Shown: positions 1-11,823 of the stretch, in pieces
Layout of the letters: the number at the start of each line of letters is the position of its first letter
Numbering within the stretch: position 1 is the stretch's first letter
Origin: Octopus sinensis
Lineage: Eukaryota
DNA: 64,000 nucleotides
Reading direction: 5' to 3'
Assembly (NCBI RefSeq): GCF_006345805.1
Contig: NC_043022.1
Coordinates: forward strand, 24,180,001-24,244,000
Program-made: the position numbers and the translations under genes
Notes under the pieces: generated by a model
The model's input: the letters and a program-made list of their open reading frames with translations, nothing else
What the model was told of the DNA's origin: nothing
The model's database searches: none

Positions 1-929
1 TAAAGATTGGAATGTGATTTGTTCGACTAAACCCTTCAAAGTGGTGCCCCAGCATGGCCGCAGTCTAATGACTGGAATGAGTAAAAAAAATAGAGGATAA
101 AAGAAGAGACTATAGGGTCTTCTTCACTCATGAGACCCGTAATGTGTACCCGTAATCACAAATGCATTTTGTTATGTTACAGAGTGTTTAGGAAGCAGCC
201 AAGAACATCTGGAATTATCAAAGAAAGGAACGGGTGATTGTGTTCAAATTCTGAAAATATTAATTGGTAAACAGAACGCTGAAAGTAAGCAAGGATTATC
301 AGAAATTCAAAATTTAAGGTTTTGCAGTTGTCACTTCTATCCAAATTGCTGTGATGGAGGTTGGTCTGCTTGTGAGAAAAGAGGTCTTGACCCTCTAAGA
401 GGGTCGATATTCAGAATCACAAAGGGGAAAATGATAAATACATACACACACATATATATACATACACAGACAAGCATGCATTTTTTATACACAGACACAC
501 CCGTATACACAAATACACGGGCATAGATTCATCAGATGAGATCCAGAGATTCTCAGTACAGAAAACACTTGGTACCACTCAAACGATTTGAACTTACACT
601 CCGAAATCTTTATCGAGGACCAAGTCCATGGGGTAAAGAGTGGCCATAAGAGGAATCCAGGTGAGCAAATATGGCGATAATGATGCAAATAAAGAAATAA
701 GCATGCTTGTGCTTGATATATAAAATATATATACATATATACAAGTAAATATGTATAGGGATATGCCTATACATGAATGTTCATCTTCTGAATATTTTCA
801 GCTTTTGTTTCTCTTTATTTATATATATCACTATATATATATGTATTCATGTGTATATGTATATATATTTTATATATCAAGTCCAAACATGTTTATTTGT
901 TTATTTGCATTGTTATCTCCATACACAGG

Positions 930-1017
<88 letters not shown>

Positions 1018-1018
1018 C

Positions 1019-1049
<31 letters not shown>

Positions 1050-1190
1050 TATATACATATGCACATACACGTATGTATATGTGCGTATGTACACAAGTAT
1101 CCACACACATTGCACATAAACCTTGGTGACATGACTGACGGTCAAGAGAAAAAGATGAACTGAAATGGGGAAAAAAAAAAGGTATCCTAC

Positions 1191-1214
1191 CTGGTCTCCA
1201 CTTTCACTGTCACA
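1191..1214 (-). CDS. 24-nt microexon: (S)VTVKVET if the 32-nt exon is included, CDSESGDQ if not
   Basis: Acceptor tttctttctctcttaatcgcag, donor CAG|gtagga. Open in both relevant frames. Confidence 0.62.
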
Positions 1215-3811
1215 CTGCGATTAAGAGAGAAAGAAACATGATGAGAATAAGTAACAACAACAAAAACAACAACAACAATTCTTTCTATTATAGACACATT
1301 ATCATCATCATCATCATCATCATTTAAAGTCCGTTGTCCATGCTGTCATTGTTTGAATGGTTTGACCACAGCTGGTAAGCTGGAAGGCTGCACCAGACTC
1401 CAGTCTGATTTGGCATTGTTTGTTCCTTCTCAAGCCATGCCTGGCTCATATGGGCCGGTTCCCCGGTTTCTTGGCATATAGGATTCCCCCCCTGGATGGG
1501 ACACCAGTCCATCACAGGTGAGCTGCATGATGCAGGAGGAAAGAGTGAGAGAAAGTTGTGGCAAAAGAGTCAGCAGAAGTTCGCCATTATTTTCTGCCGG
1601 AGCCATGTGGAGCTTAGGTGTTTTCGCTCATAAACACACATATCGCCGGGTCTGAGATTCGAACCCGCGATCTCTCGACCATGAGTCCGCTGCTCTAACC
1701 ACTAGGCCATGTACCTCCACATCTGATTTGACATGGATGGATGGATGCCCTTCTATGGATGGATGCCCTTCCTAACTCCAACCACTCCAAGAATATAATG
1801 GGTACATTTACGTGCCACTGGCATGGGTGCCATTTGCATGACACCAGTATCTGCGATTTTGTTTGGCTTCATGGGTCTTCTTCTCAAGCATGACATAATG
1901 CCAAAGGTCTTGGTTATTGACTCCGTGAGGCCCAACACTCGAAAGGAACTCAGACACCTTACCTCTGTGAGGTGACTGACCTGAAATTTTGCAAGGTGGG
2001 GGTGAGTTGATTACACAATCCCGGTACTTGACAGGTCCTTATTTTACTGAGCCTGTGAAGAGGAAAAGCAAAGATGTCCAGGTCTCGCATTTCATATGTT
2101 GCTATTGGGAAGACGATTGCATTCACCAATCTGCATTTGGTAGCGAGTCTGATATCTCTACTCTTCCAGACCCTACCAATCTTAAAAACAGGAAGAAACC
2201 AATTGATAGTAATGGTCATATCTGTAACATCTTGGCAGAATTTGAACTCAAAATGAAATGCCACTAAGCAATTTCCCCAACTATGCAAACAATTCCTTTC
2301 TACTATAGGCACAAGGCCCGAAATTTTGGGGGAGAGAACAAGTTAATTACATCAACCCCAGTGTATAACTGTTACTTATTTCATTAACCCCAAAAAGATG
2401 AAAGGCAAAGTCGACCTCTGCAAAATTTGAACTCTAAACATACTGACAGACCAAATGCTGCTATAATAGTTCCAAAATTTGGCTCATGGCCAACAAGTTC
2501 ATGGGAGGGGTTAAGTCGATTAGTGTTCAACTGGTACTTATTTTTATCAACCCTGAAAGGATGAAAGGCGAAGCTGACCTCAGTGGAATTTAAACTCAGA
2601 ATATAAAAGGGCACAAATACCACTAAGCATTTTCCCCAGCAAGCTAAGGATCTTGCCAGCTTAATAATCATTGTTTAATGTCTGCTTTCCATGCTAGCAT
2701 GGGTTGGACGATTTGACTGAGGACTGGCAAACCAGATGGCTGCATCAGGCTCCAATCTTGATCCGGCAGAGTTTCTACGGCTGGACGCCCTTCCTAACGC
2801 CAACCATTCCGAGAGTGTAGTGGGTGCTTTTACATGCCTACCGGCATGAGGGCCAGTCAGGCAGTACTGGCAACAGCCACACTCAAATGGTGTTTTTTTA
2901 CGTGCCACCTGCACAGGAGCCAGTCCAGCGGCACTGGCAACGGCCTCGCTCGAATGTTTTTTCACGTGCCACTGGTACAAGTGCCAGTAAGGTGACGCTG
3001 GTAATGATCATGCTCGAAAATAATAATAATAACAATAATAATAATAATAACAACAACAACAACAATCCTTTCTACTATAGGCACAAGACCTGGAATTTGT
3101 GGGGAGGGGATATTTAATTAGATTAACCCCAGTACGCAACTCGGACTTAATTTATCGACCCCACAAAACTAAATGGATCAAAGGCAAAATCTAACAATAA
3201 CAATAATAATAATAATGAAATAATGTCAATAATAATAATGTTAATCATGACAGCCGGGAGTTTATTAGATAAAAAAGAAAAAGAAAAGAAAAGCAACAAT
3301 CAAGAAAAACAAAAGCAAAGCAAAAAAAAACAAAAAAAAACCCAGCACCCTTTCTGCTCTCCATGTTCTCCTCGTAAAACGAGAAAGAAAATTGCTTCTG
3401 GATGAGTGAAATAATAGCAGAGATGTTTGTGTTAATAGGAGTCGGCAGTAATTCACAAGTTCGTTGTTTCTGTTGTCGTCTGGCCAGTGGCAGAGAACAC
3501 ACATAGTCATGTACTCCCGACGTTCTACATGTGTGTGTATGTGTGTGTGAGTGTGTGTGGAGTACTGGTGCTGGTGGTGGTGGAGGCAGGAGGAGTGCGG
3601 CGGAGTGGAGCAGTCATCAGTCGATAGCTGCTGAACTAGTTGGTAGTTAATTGCTTACTAATAGCGATAAAAGCAATGTTAATACCGATGAGAGAACGAG
3701 AGGGAGGCGGGAGGGTGGGGTGGGGGAGAGAGTCGGGTGGGTGGGGTGAAGGGGATGGCAAGTCTTACAGTGAGATATTGATATATTGACGGCTGAGCAA
3801 TACAGCCAGCC

Positions 3812-3849
<38 letters not shown>

Positions 3850-4155
3850 TCTCCGTGTGTATGTATGTGTGTAATATAAATAATATATAAATATATGCAT
3901 ATATATATATACATACATACATATGTGTATGTGTATATATACATATATAATGCATGTGTGTATATATATATTTATATACATATATAATGCATGTGTGTAT
4001 ATATATATTTATATGTGTGTATGTGTGTACATATATATATGTGTGTGTGTGTGTGCATATATGCATGTGTGTGTATATATATATATATATGTTTATGTGT
4101 GCATATATATGTATGTAACATATATGTTTATGTGTGCATATATATGTATGTATGT

Positions 4156-4220
<65 letters not shown>

Positions 4221-4796
4221 ATCTTGGTTTGTCTTAAAAACTCATTTGACAACTTGTCATAATTAGAGAGAGAGGGAGAGACTAAACAGATTATTATTAA
4301 TAAATTTGTTTAGTCTTTGAAGATTGCATGCAGGTACCAGTTTACCAGTATGCCACTGCCGCCACCAACATCGAAACCACTACCACAAACGTCCTTAACA
4401 CTAGTCACAAAACCACCACCACCACCGCCGCCTTCCTCCTCCTCACCATCACAACCATTATTCACACACCCCCTCCAAACCATCCACCAACCAATCAATA
4501 TGCTTGTTAATATATGTGTAAACATATCAGATACAATGGACGAGAAAACAAACAGCTGTCTGTGGACAGCAGAACTGGCTTCCAATGGCAACAGCTTGGT
4601 GGAGGGAGGGATGGCGGAGAGAGAGAGAGAGAGAGAGAGAGATAATAGTTAATCAATCATTCCCCACCTTCCCCAGACAGCTTTTTTTTTTGTTTTTGTT
4701 TAGCCCTCACCAGATCAACTCTTCTGAGCAGCAGACCTGTGATGAAAGATGTTACAGATATGACCATTACTATCAATTGGTTTCTTCCTGTTTTTA

Positions 4797-5306
4797 AGAT
4801 TGGTAGGGTCTGGAAGAGTAGAGACATCAGACTCGCTACCAAATGCAGATTGGTGAATGCAATCGTCTTCCCAATAGCAACATATGAAATGCGAGGCCTG
4901 GACACTAAAGAAAGCTGACCAGAAGAGAACTAATGCATTCGAGCTTTGGTGTTGGAGAAGACTTTTACGGATTCCATGGACAGCGAGGCTCACCAATGGA
5001 AAAGTTCTTAAGCAGATCAGGCCAAAAATGTTGCTAGAAGCTAGGATCACCAAGCATAGATTGGCATATTTTGGTCATATTATGCAGAGAAAATCCCTGG
5101 AGAAGGACATCATGCTCGGAATGGTCAGTGGAAAGAGAGGAAGAGGCCGACCAAGAACCCGCTAGCTTGACACCATCAAGAGTGATACTGGAATGGACAT
5201 AGCCAATCTGAAAGAAGTGGCCCAGGATAGAACTGACTGGAGGACACTGATCCATCGAGTAACCGAGAGTCGACTTCGACTGAGCGGATAGATAGATAGA
5301 TAGATA
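4797..5306 (+). mobile_element. Decayed BovB-like RTE LINE 3' end with (GATA)n tail
   Basis: VWKSRDI..RLVNAIVFPIATY / CEAWTLKK..AFELWCWRRLLRIPWT..YFGHIMQR..RGRGRP, with a frameshift and a premature stop. Confidence 0.9.
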
Positions 5307-5638
5307 GGCTTTTATTGGAGGGAAACCCAAGCTGCCATTGAGGGTAGGCTGAGAGGCCCCAAGTTAGTGAGCCAATGATGAATATCACCAGAAGCTGAAT
5401 GGATGAACAGAGGGGCAACAAAATGTCAATTGCCAGGATCTACCAGATCAGTTAGCAAACCATTGCTATCATCCATAATTGTGTCATGCACAAAAGAGAT
5501 ATTTCAGCTAATGAAAGACCAAAGGGGCTAAAAACCAGGCCAGATGTTCATGCCTCATCACTTGATTAGAAAGAGTTACAGTGGTCCGAGTAGGTCACCT
5601 GATCAGGCTGGCTGGATGGGAAATCATATAAATATTAC

Positions 5639-5670
5639 CTTGTTTGTTGCAATGTTGTTGAAAGAGGTTC
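5639..5670 (-). CDS. 32-nt candidate microexon (phase 0-2), EPLSTTLQQT
   Basis: Pyrimidine tract ending ctgaactttggtag, donor AAG|gtaata. Open in frame after the 36-nt exon. Confidence 0.5.
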
Positions 5671-5989
5671 CTACCAAAGTTCAGATATCAGAGAATGAGA
5701 AGAGAGAGAGAGGGGGGTAGGGTAGAGGGAGAGCCTATGAAGGATCACAAAAAGAGATAGCAGACAGACAAATCCCAGCTACCTCCAGTGCTGAGACCAG
5801 TGGATCACTTGATTTCGATCTTGTTTGGCCTCATCAGTGATGGACACTCAGTTGCTAGAGAGGTTCATCTCACTACCAGCAATATACAGATTGAGAGTAC
5901 CAGGACAGATGCTGATGCTACAATTAGCAAGTTGGCTGATTAAAAGATATATATTAATGACAGAGGCAGTAGTTATACTGAGAGGTATA

Positions 5990-6108
5990 AGCAATTCATT
6001 TCTCATAAATTTTAACAGAGAATCTCATATGGATCCCAAGAGCCATATGAAACCACAAGGGCCATATGGGCCCCCAAGGGCCATATGGACCCTGGTTGAG
6101 AATCACTG
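5990..6108. mobile_element. Possible hAT-type MITE end
   Basis: Ends ggttgagaatcactg (reverse of cagtgattctcaacc) after short caagggccatatgg repeats. The left TIR was not found. Confidence 0.35.
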
Positions 6109-6942
6109 CCCGAGATACTCCATAAAACAGTGATCAAGGCTGGAATAGTTTTGATTTTAGGTTTACTCACAGAGGACTGACCTAGGGCTAAACAACATTT
6201 ATCTTACCTTTACATTCATGTGAAACCAACAACAACAACAACAACAAAACCTCCCAAACCAATTTTACAGCCGTAAGCTTTGTTAAAGCCAGTGATAATG
6301 AGTGGAAGTTAATTAACATAATAACCATGCTTCTGAGCCAACACTGACAATTAACTAATTACTTGTGCTAACTCGTTAGGTCAACAGTGTTACATGTCAT
6401 CTGATGAATTAAAACTGACAGAGGACAGCAGCATATCATGGGATTTAGTACAGACAATTGACTTTAGACAATAATTCTACGTCTTAAATGGGTGTTCCTG
6501 TCAAATTAGATCCCTGTGGTCATTAGCGTTGGTAATTCTTCTGAATTACTGTGGCAGAAACCTCAAAGGGTTTCTCTACAGAGAAACCAAAAAATATTAA
6601 TTACCTCCCGGCTTCATGCCATACAGAACAATTAAATCTTAATCACAAAATCAATCAGTCCAATCAGAAGAGAGAAAAAAACCCAAAATACTACCCCCCC
6701 TGAAATTTTTATCTGTAAACCCTTTATTATCATCACCACAACCTGTAGAGAAGACCTACAAGTGAGACATAACATACCATTTACTCCACAAACTGGCCCC
6801 TGACCACCACAACCCAACACAGAAGACCAACGTTTTGTCCTCTTAACTCTTCTGCATCCAAATTACTCTGTCCAATGTAATGCTTATTTATTTGCATCGT
6901 GTTGAAGTAATCATGCATTATTTTGTAGTTTTGAGATTTAAA

Positions 6943-7163
6943 CCCTTTCGTTACTGTATATATTTTGAGATGCTCTGTGTTTCTTTCAATTATTTTAGAT
7001 GTAACAAGGAATTTAGTAAAATAACTTAGTTAACATTCAGCTAGTGTTAGGAACAAAAATTGTGACTAAGGTTTGGTGGAAGATTTGAATGCAAAACTTA
7101 TGAAAACAAGACATTTGTACTACAGAGCCAGAGCTGGTTTCAGCCGGGTTGGTAACGAAAGGG
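6943..7163. mobile_element. piggyBac-like MITE (type 1) nested in a type 2 MITE; reverse orientation to the 35271 copy
   Basis: Same TIRs; flanks taaa/ttaa. Confidence 0.85.
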
Positions 7164-7879
7164 TTAATGATGTAATTGCATATTCTTACAATGACATTGT
7201 AGGGTAGGTGTGAGAGGCCAGACCTGGCTAGTTTGAACATAATATTTGCACTGGAGAGAGAGCCAGTTTAACCCTGTAGTGTTCAGATCATTCTGTCCAT
7301 TGCTTATTTTTTTCACATTGTTTTGAATTAATCATGCATTATCTGGTAGTTTTGATATTTCAATGGTGTGATTATTTTTGGCCCCTGTCAAACCGTCAAC
7401 ACATGCCAGCAGGGAAAGCGGATGTTAGATGATGATGATGATGACATTGTAGCGTACGTGTGAAAGGCCAGACCTGACTGGTTTACGCATAAAACAGGTA
7501 GAACATTTGGACTAGATAGTGTGGGCTGGATAGCATGCTTATTCATTCCCATTGTATTGAATTAATAAGCATTGTCTTGTAGCTTTGGGAGTTCAATAAT
7601 GCGATTCTTTATTTTTAGAATGACATTGTAAGATAGGCGTGAGAGGCCTGATCTGGCCTTTCAATGTAAAACAGATAGCATAACTGGGCTGGACACAGCC
7701 AGTTTAAATGCTAGAGGGCTTAACCCATTGTTACAAACTCTAACTACCACAACCTGCCAGAGAAGACCAGCATAGTCATCTTAAAAGCATTTTTTGCAAA
7801 TACTGTATACTCCACGTTCAGGTAATGATAAAATAGAGTAAAACAGAGTACAAAAACCACACAAAATAGTCATACTAAC

Positions 7880-7915
7880 CTGGTAACCATTGCCAGTAGT
7901 AGAAGGGGAGCTAGC
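7880..7915 (-). CDS. 36-nt coding microexon (phase 0-0), ASSPSTTGNGYQ
   Basis: Acceptor tctttctgttgctgctttttcag, donor CAG|gttagt. Continues the frame of 11707-11823. Confidence 0.72.
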
Positions 7916-8033
7916 CTGAAAAAGCAGCAACAGAAAGATTCATGGTTAATGAATAGATACTCACACAAATCTGGGAGTTCATTAATCACTTAATATAAAC
8001 TACAGTTTGTATCTAACAGAGACTAAGGTTTAA

Positions 8034-8243
8034 CCTTATAGCATTTGGATTACTCTGTCAAATGTAATGCTTGTTTATTCAGATCGTTTTCAATTAATCA
8101 GCTATTATCTTGTAGTTTTCGGGTTTTCATGATGCATTTCTTTATTTTTAGAAAGGCACTGTAGGGTAGGTGGGAGAGGCCTGATCTGGTCAGTTTGAAC
8201 ATATAACAGGTAGGCTATTTGGGCTGGTTTAAATGTTAAAAGG
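8034..8243. mobile_element. piggyBac-like MITE (type 2). Further copies at about 6845-7270, 7520-7724, 21678-21885, 34945-35130, 53790-54445 and 62340-62500
   Basis: TTAA|ccttatagcatt...aatgttaaaagg|TTAA, with a shared internal sequence (attactctgtcaaatgtaatgc..gaatgacattgtagggtagg). Confidence 0.7.
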
Positions 8244-9195
8244 TTAAAAGAAACATTTAACCGAGAATATATTAAATTAACTATGAGCAATAATAATAGG
8301 TTACTTGTTTTGGTCATTTGACGGCGGACATGCTGGAGCACTGCCCTGAAGGATTTTAGTCAAATAATTTGACTCCAGGACTTATTATTTTTAAGCCTAG
8401 TACTTATTTTATAGTGCTCTATTGCCGAACCGCTAGGTCACAGAGACTTAAACACACCAACACTGGTTGTCAAATGGTGATGGGAGAGGAGGACAAACAC
8501 AGACACACACACACAAAAATATACACACATACAAACATACATACATATATATATATATATACACGACAGGTTTCTTTCAGTTTCCATCTACCAAATCCAC
8601 TCACAAGGCTTTTGTAGAAGACAGTTGCTGAAGATGCCATGCAGTGGAACTGAACCCAGAACCAAGTTACTGGGAAGCAAGCTTCTTACCACACAGCCAC
8701 ACATGTGTCTATATATAATATATTGGGGTAATTATATATAATATACTGTTGTAACTCTGTGTAGTATACTGGAGTAATTATTACAATATACTAGGTTAAT
8801 TATGTGTAAATACATGGAGTTAACTATATACAATACACTAAACTGTATTCTATAAATCTGGTTAATCACGTATTATAGAGTAACTAGAAGCTAAATACTA
8901 AGTTAATTGCATGCTGTATATTTGGATAACTATGTAAACATGCTGAGCTAACTTCAAAAGGTGATGAGAGTAGCTTTGTTGAGTTTGTAGGGCTGTCACT
9001 TGCATTGATCTAGCTGATGTCTCATTTGGTGGACAATGACAGCTGTGGTTACAAGTTTCCTATAAGCCAGTCTCTGCTCCACTGCAGTTCTAGCAGTGAG
9101 TGTTTGTAACTCAGTGCAGAACAAATATCACAAGAGACTTCAAATAGCATTCTTTTTTCCTGTTTTTTTTCTTTACCCAACTTACATTAGAGAAA

Positions 9196-9226
<31 letters not shown>

Positions 9227-9250
9227 GAGAGATTATTATTGCTTGTATAT

Positions 9251-9586
9251 TGAGACCCCCTTCAGTCATGACTGACCATGGGATTGCACCTAGAAAGTTA
9301 CCCTCCCAGGCACAAGTCCGGGCAAGGTTGTTTATGGAAGACCAGCAGTCGCCCATGCATACCGGCCTCCCCTCTCATGCCACCAGTGTTATCCAAGGGA
9401 AAGACAAAGGCCGATACAGCTTGGCACCTGTGATGTCACAACTCATTTCTACAGCTGAGTGAACTGGAGCAACGTGAAATAAAATGTCTTGCTCAAGAAC
9501 ATAACACGTAGCCCGGTCCTGGATTCGCACTCACAACCTCACGATCGTAAGTTCGACACTCTAACCACTGAGCCATGCGCCTTCAC
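9251..9586 (-). mobile_element. tRNA/CORE-type SINE with a 12-bp TSD
   Basis: Head gtgaaggcgcatggctcagtggttag. TSD ttgcttgtatat at 9239-9250 and 9587-9598. Confidence 0.85.
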
Positions 9587-11282
9587 TTGCTTGTATATAA
9601 CTAAAGCGCAATAGCTGTAGATGAGCATCACCATCATCCTACAATTAGTGTTGTTTGCTTCCAATCTTTCACAGAAACATGTTGGGTCAGTTGGAAAAAA
9701 AAAAATCTTGCTTAGAAATAGGTGAAGGTTGGCAATCTGGCAATTGAAAATCTACCACTATGATCTCTATCAGACACACAAGCATAGCCAATTGGATATT
9801 AAAATGATGATGATGATGATGATGAGATACAATGGCCTTTCATGCAGTTTCTGTCAACCAAGTTCTATTCATAAGGCCTCAGTCAAATCAAAGTTACGGT
9901 AGCAGGCATTCACCCAAGATGGCTTGCAGGGGACTTGAACCCAAGACCATAGTGCTTGCCACTCGACCTTCTTAACGCTTGCAACTACTCTAGTGCTTGA
10001 GCTGCGGCTATTATCAAAACTACAAACAGCCAGCCTGTAAACCTCACTCATCTCTACTGAGGAGTTTCACAATATCTCCATTTACAGAGGATTTCAATTG
10101 GTTTGACCATCAACAAGTGTCATATTCCTGGATGGTTAGACAGGAAGGAACAAGACACTTGATGACAATCAGACAGTTAAACCAATTGAATAGAAATAAA
10201 CACTATAATGATAAGGCTAACAATCCGGATATTCATAAACTTAATAACTGACACTATTTCAATAGCACATTCTCCCACATTATGATTCGTGGCTGTGTGG
10301 TAAGAAGCTTACTTCCCAACCACATGGTTCTAGGTTCAGTTCCACTGCGTAGCACCTTGGGCAGGTGTCTTCTACTAAAGCCTTGGGCCAAACAAAGCCT
10401 TGTGAGTGGATTTGGTAGACGGAACCTAAAAGAAGCCCATCATATATATATATATATATATATAAATATATATATTTGAGACATTTTATTTATTATTTTG
10501 CACATTACTTAATCATTGTTATATGTTTTATATTATATTTAATAAGTAATTTTTCTAAATGGTATAATTTAATTTGAATTGATAAAAGGTGAGTTTTTTT
10601 CTAATATATATATATAATGGTAAAGCACTTGACAGGTAATCACAGAGATATGAGTTCAAAACTCATGGCTGGCCGCTGACAAATTTTGCTGGTGACATTT
10701 TAGGCACTTGTGTCAGTGACACATAAAAAGCCCCTGTGCCAGTGACATATAAAAAGCACTGTACCCATGAACATATAAAAGGGACACATGCTGGTGACAT
10801 GTCAGAGGCACTTGTGCCAGTGACACATAAAAGGCCCCCGTGCCGGTGATACATAAAAGACACCTGTGCCAGTGACATATAAAAAGCACTGTACCTATGA
10901 CATATAAAAGGGACACGTGCTGGTGACATGTAAAAGGTACTTGCGCGAGTGACACAAAAAAGACACTCAGGGCACACTGTAAAGTGGTTGGCATTAGAAA
11001 GGGCATCCAGCTGTAGAAAACCAAACCAAAACAGATGACTGGAGCCTTGTGCAGCTCTTCAGCTTACAGCTCCGTTCAGTTCAGTGAAAAGAAAAGAAAG
11101 AAAGAAAAGAAAAGATAGACTAAGTACCAGGTTAAAAATAAATCCTGGGGTCAATTCATTTGCCTAAAACCTTCAAGGCAGTGTAGGAGGGCTGCACTGC
11201 AGACAAGTAAAGAAATGAGAAATAAAAGATATATGAAGGGCTACTTTCAGTTTCTGTCTACCAAACCCACTCACAAGTACCT

Positions 11283-11512
11283 ATTTCTTTACTGCCCACA
11301 AGGGGCTACACACAGAGGGGACAAACAAGGACAGACAAAGGGATTAAGTCGATTACATCGACCCCAGTGCGTAACTGGTACTTATTTAATCGACCCCAAA
11401 AGGATGAAAGGCAAAGTCGACCTCGGAGGAATTTGAACTCGGAACGGAGCGGCAGACGAAATACTGCTAAGCATTTCGCCTGGCGTGCTAACGTTTCTAC
11501 CAGCTAGCCGCC
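11283..11512 (-). mobile_element. Family B tRNA-SINE (central gtcgactttgcctttcatcctttcggggtcgataaattaagtaccag; possibly a Meta-type domain)
   Basis: Head ggcggc..gctggtagaaacgttagcacgcc with B-box gagttcaaatt. Many copies, e.g. 26819-27023, 29110-29330, 56385-56530 and 58465-58635. Confidence 0.85.
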
Positions 11513-11706
11513 GCAAGTACCTGTTGAATATACAGATACTGACACTATAATACATTTAGATGGCAGAGATCAACTGGAACAATTCACTGTTAAAAGACCA
11601 ACTCCAGATCCTTTAACACGATTACTGACAACTACCTGTTTCTTGTAGTGAAATAAGTGTGAAGTGAAAGGGAAGAGAGGATGTAGCTTTGCGACAAGGT
11701 ACTTAC

Positions 11707-11823
11707 ATCGCTGAGGCGGTCTCCTGACAGACTCCCAGAGGGACCATTAGATTGGGGCTCTTCTAATTGGTGGCACAGAGAATTGTCTGTCATCTGGATA
11801 GAGCTCTGCGGACTATTGGTTTC
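11707..11823 (-). CDS. Internal coding exon (117 nt, phase 0-0) of an unidentified long-intron gene; ETNSPQSSIQMTDNSLCHQLEEPQSNGPSGSLSGDRLSD
   Basis: Minus strand reads gtcttttgcag|GAAACC...AGCGAT|gtaagt. Only one frame is open, and the sequence is non-repetitive. Confidence 0.8.

Noticed and set aside
556-660. Plus-strand exon-like unit (cag|TACAG...CCAG|gtgagc)
   Set aside because: Isolated, on the opposite strand to the supported exons, with no partner exons.
1191-11823. Naming the host gene (Eya, Meis, FoxP and LIM-homeobox genes considered)
   Set aside because: Only low-complexity resemblance; no conserved domain lies in the window.
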